64,000 bases of DNA from Raja brachyura (lineage: Eukaryota): positions 42,656,001 through 42,720,000 of the forward strand of contig OY740788.1 in assembly GCA_963514005.1 (NCBI GenBank). Direction: 5' to 3'. A program made the position numbers and the translations under genes. The notes under the pieces were generated by a model. It did no database searches. It was not told where the DNA came from and saw only the letters and a list, made by a program, of their open reading frames with translations. Below, piece by piece: positions 62,587 through 64,000 of this stretch; position 1 is the stretch's first letter, and every line of letters starts with the position of its first letter.

Positions 62587-64000
62587 CATAGAAACATAGA
62601 AATTAGGTGCAGGAGTAGGCCATTCGGCCCTTCGAGCCTGCACGGCCATTCAATATGATCATGGCTGATCATCCAACTCAGTATCCCGTACCTGCCTTCT
62701 CTCCATACCCTCGGATCCCCTTAGCCACAAGGGCCACATCTAACTCCCTCTTAAATATAGCCAATGAACTGGCCTCAACTACCCTCTGTGGCAGAGAGTT
62801 CCAGAGACCCACCGCACTCTGTGTGAAAAAAGTCCTTCTCATCTCGGTCCTAAAGGATTTCCCCCTTATACTTAAGCTGTGACCCCTTGTCCTGCACCTC
62901 CACAACATCGGGAACAATCTTCCTGCATCTAGCCTCTCCAACCCCTTAAGAATTTTGTAAGTTTCTATAAGATTCCCTCCCAATCTCCTAAATTCTAGAG
63001 AATATAAACCGAGTCTATGCAGTCTTTGTTCATAAGACAGTCCTGACATCCCAGGAATCAGTCTGGTGAACCTTCTCTGCACTCCCTCTATGGCAACAAT
63101 GTCCTTCCTCAGATTTGGAGACCAGAACTGTACGCAATACTCCAGGTGTGGTCTCACCAAGACCCTATACAACTGAAGTAGAACCTCCCTGCTCCTATAC
63201 TCAAAACCTTTTGCTATGAAAGCTAACATACCATTCGCTTTCTTCACTGCCTGCTGCACCTGCATGCCTACTTTCAATGACTGGTGTACCATGACACCCA
63301 GGTCGCGCTGCATCGCCCCTTTTCCTAATCAGCCACCATTTAGATAATAGTCTGCTTTCCTATTTTTTCCACCACAGTGGATAACCTCACATTTATCCAC
63401 ATTATACTGCATCTGCCAAACATTTGCCCACTCACCCAGCCTATCCAAGTCACCTTGCAGTCTCCTAGCATCCTCCTCACAGCTAACACTGCCCCCCAGC
63501 TTAGTGTCATCCGCAAACTTGGAGATATTGCCTTCAATTCCCTCATCCAGATCATTAATGTATATTGTAAATAGCTGGGGTCCCAGCACTGAGCCTTGCG
63601 GTACCCCACTAGTCACTGCCTGCCATTGTGAAAACGACCCGTTTACTCCTACTCTTTGCTTCCTGTTTGCCAGCCAGTTCTCTATCCACATCAATACTGA
63701 ACCCCCAATGCCATATGCTTTAAGTTTATATACTAATCTCTTATGTGGGACCTTGTCGAAAGCCTTCTGGAAGTCCAGATACACCACATCCACTGGTTCT
63801 CCCCTATCCACACTACTAGTTACATCCTCGAAAAATTCCACAAGATTCGTCGGACATGATTTACCTTTCGTAAATCCATGCTGACTTTGTCCAATGATTT
63901 CACCACTTTCCAAATGTGCTGCTATCCCATCTTTAATAACTGGCTCTAGCAGTTTCCCCACTACCGATGTTAGACTAACCTGGTCTGTAATTCCCCGTTT
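62587..64000 (-). mobile_element. Young CR1/HER1-type LINE, ORF2 RT domain and 3' end (continues beyond the window)
   Basis: SQHGFTKGKSC, YLDFQKAFDKVPH, SGVPQGSVLGPQLFTIYINDL and KFADDTK. The two listed ORFs are in one frame, separated by a single TGA at 63331-63329. There is an apparent +1 frameshift near 63980 and a (CATAGAAA)2 tail. Confidence 0.97.

Overview
This is eukaryotic, AT-rich vertebrate DNA. The repeat content (HE1-type V-SINEs, HER1/CR1 LINEs, abundant Penelope termini) points to a cartilaginous fish, probably a skate or ray (inference). The only host coding sequence I can support is the first coding exon of ESRRG (estrogen-related receptor gamma) on the minus strand at 112-167. 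It encodes MDFVELCLPESFSLRYNEE, is 56 nt long, ends at a GA|GTAGGT donor, and is missed by the ORF track. Its 5'UTR is very conserved and carries an overlapping uORF. The other ~63.6 kb is upstream or 5'-intronic ESRRG territory, with repeat-free enhancer-like blocks interleaved with transposon debris. That debris includes CR1 LINEs (one near-intact RT at the right end), two inverted IR/DR Tc1 copies, two Harbinger MITEs, a hAT-like element with a 7-bp TSD, V-SINEs, and Rex/Babar and RTE fragments. There are also about 17 short Penelope-derived insertions, often fold-back, whose centre is a minimal hammerhead-ribozyme motif (CUGAnGA-stem II-GAAACGUC). This family is the most interesting signal in the window. 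Almost all ORFs in the track are chance ORFs or transposon fragments. Repeat boundaries were read by eye and are approximate unless a TSD is given.
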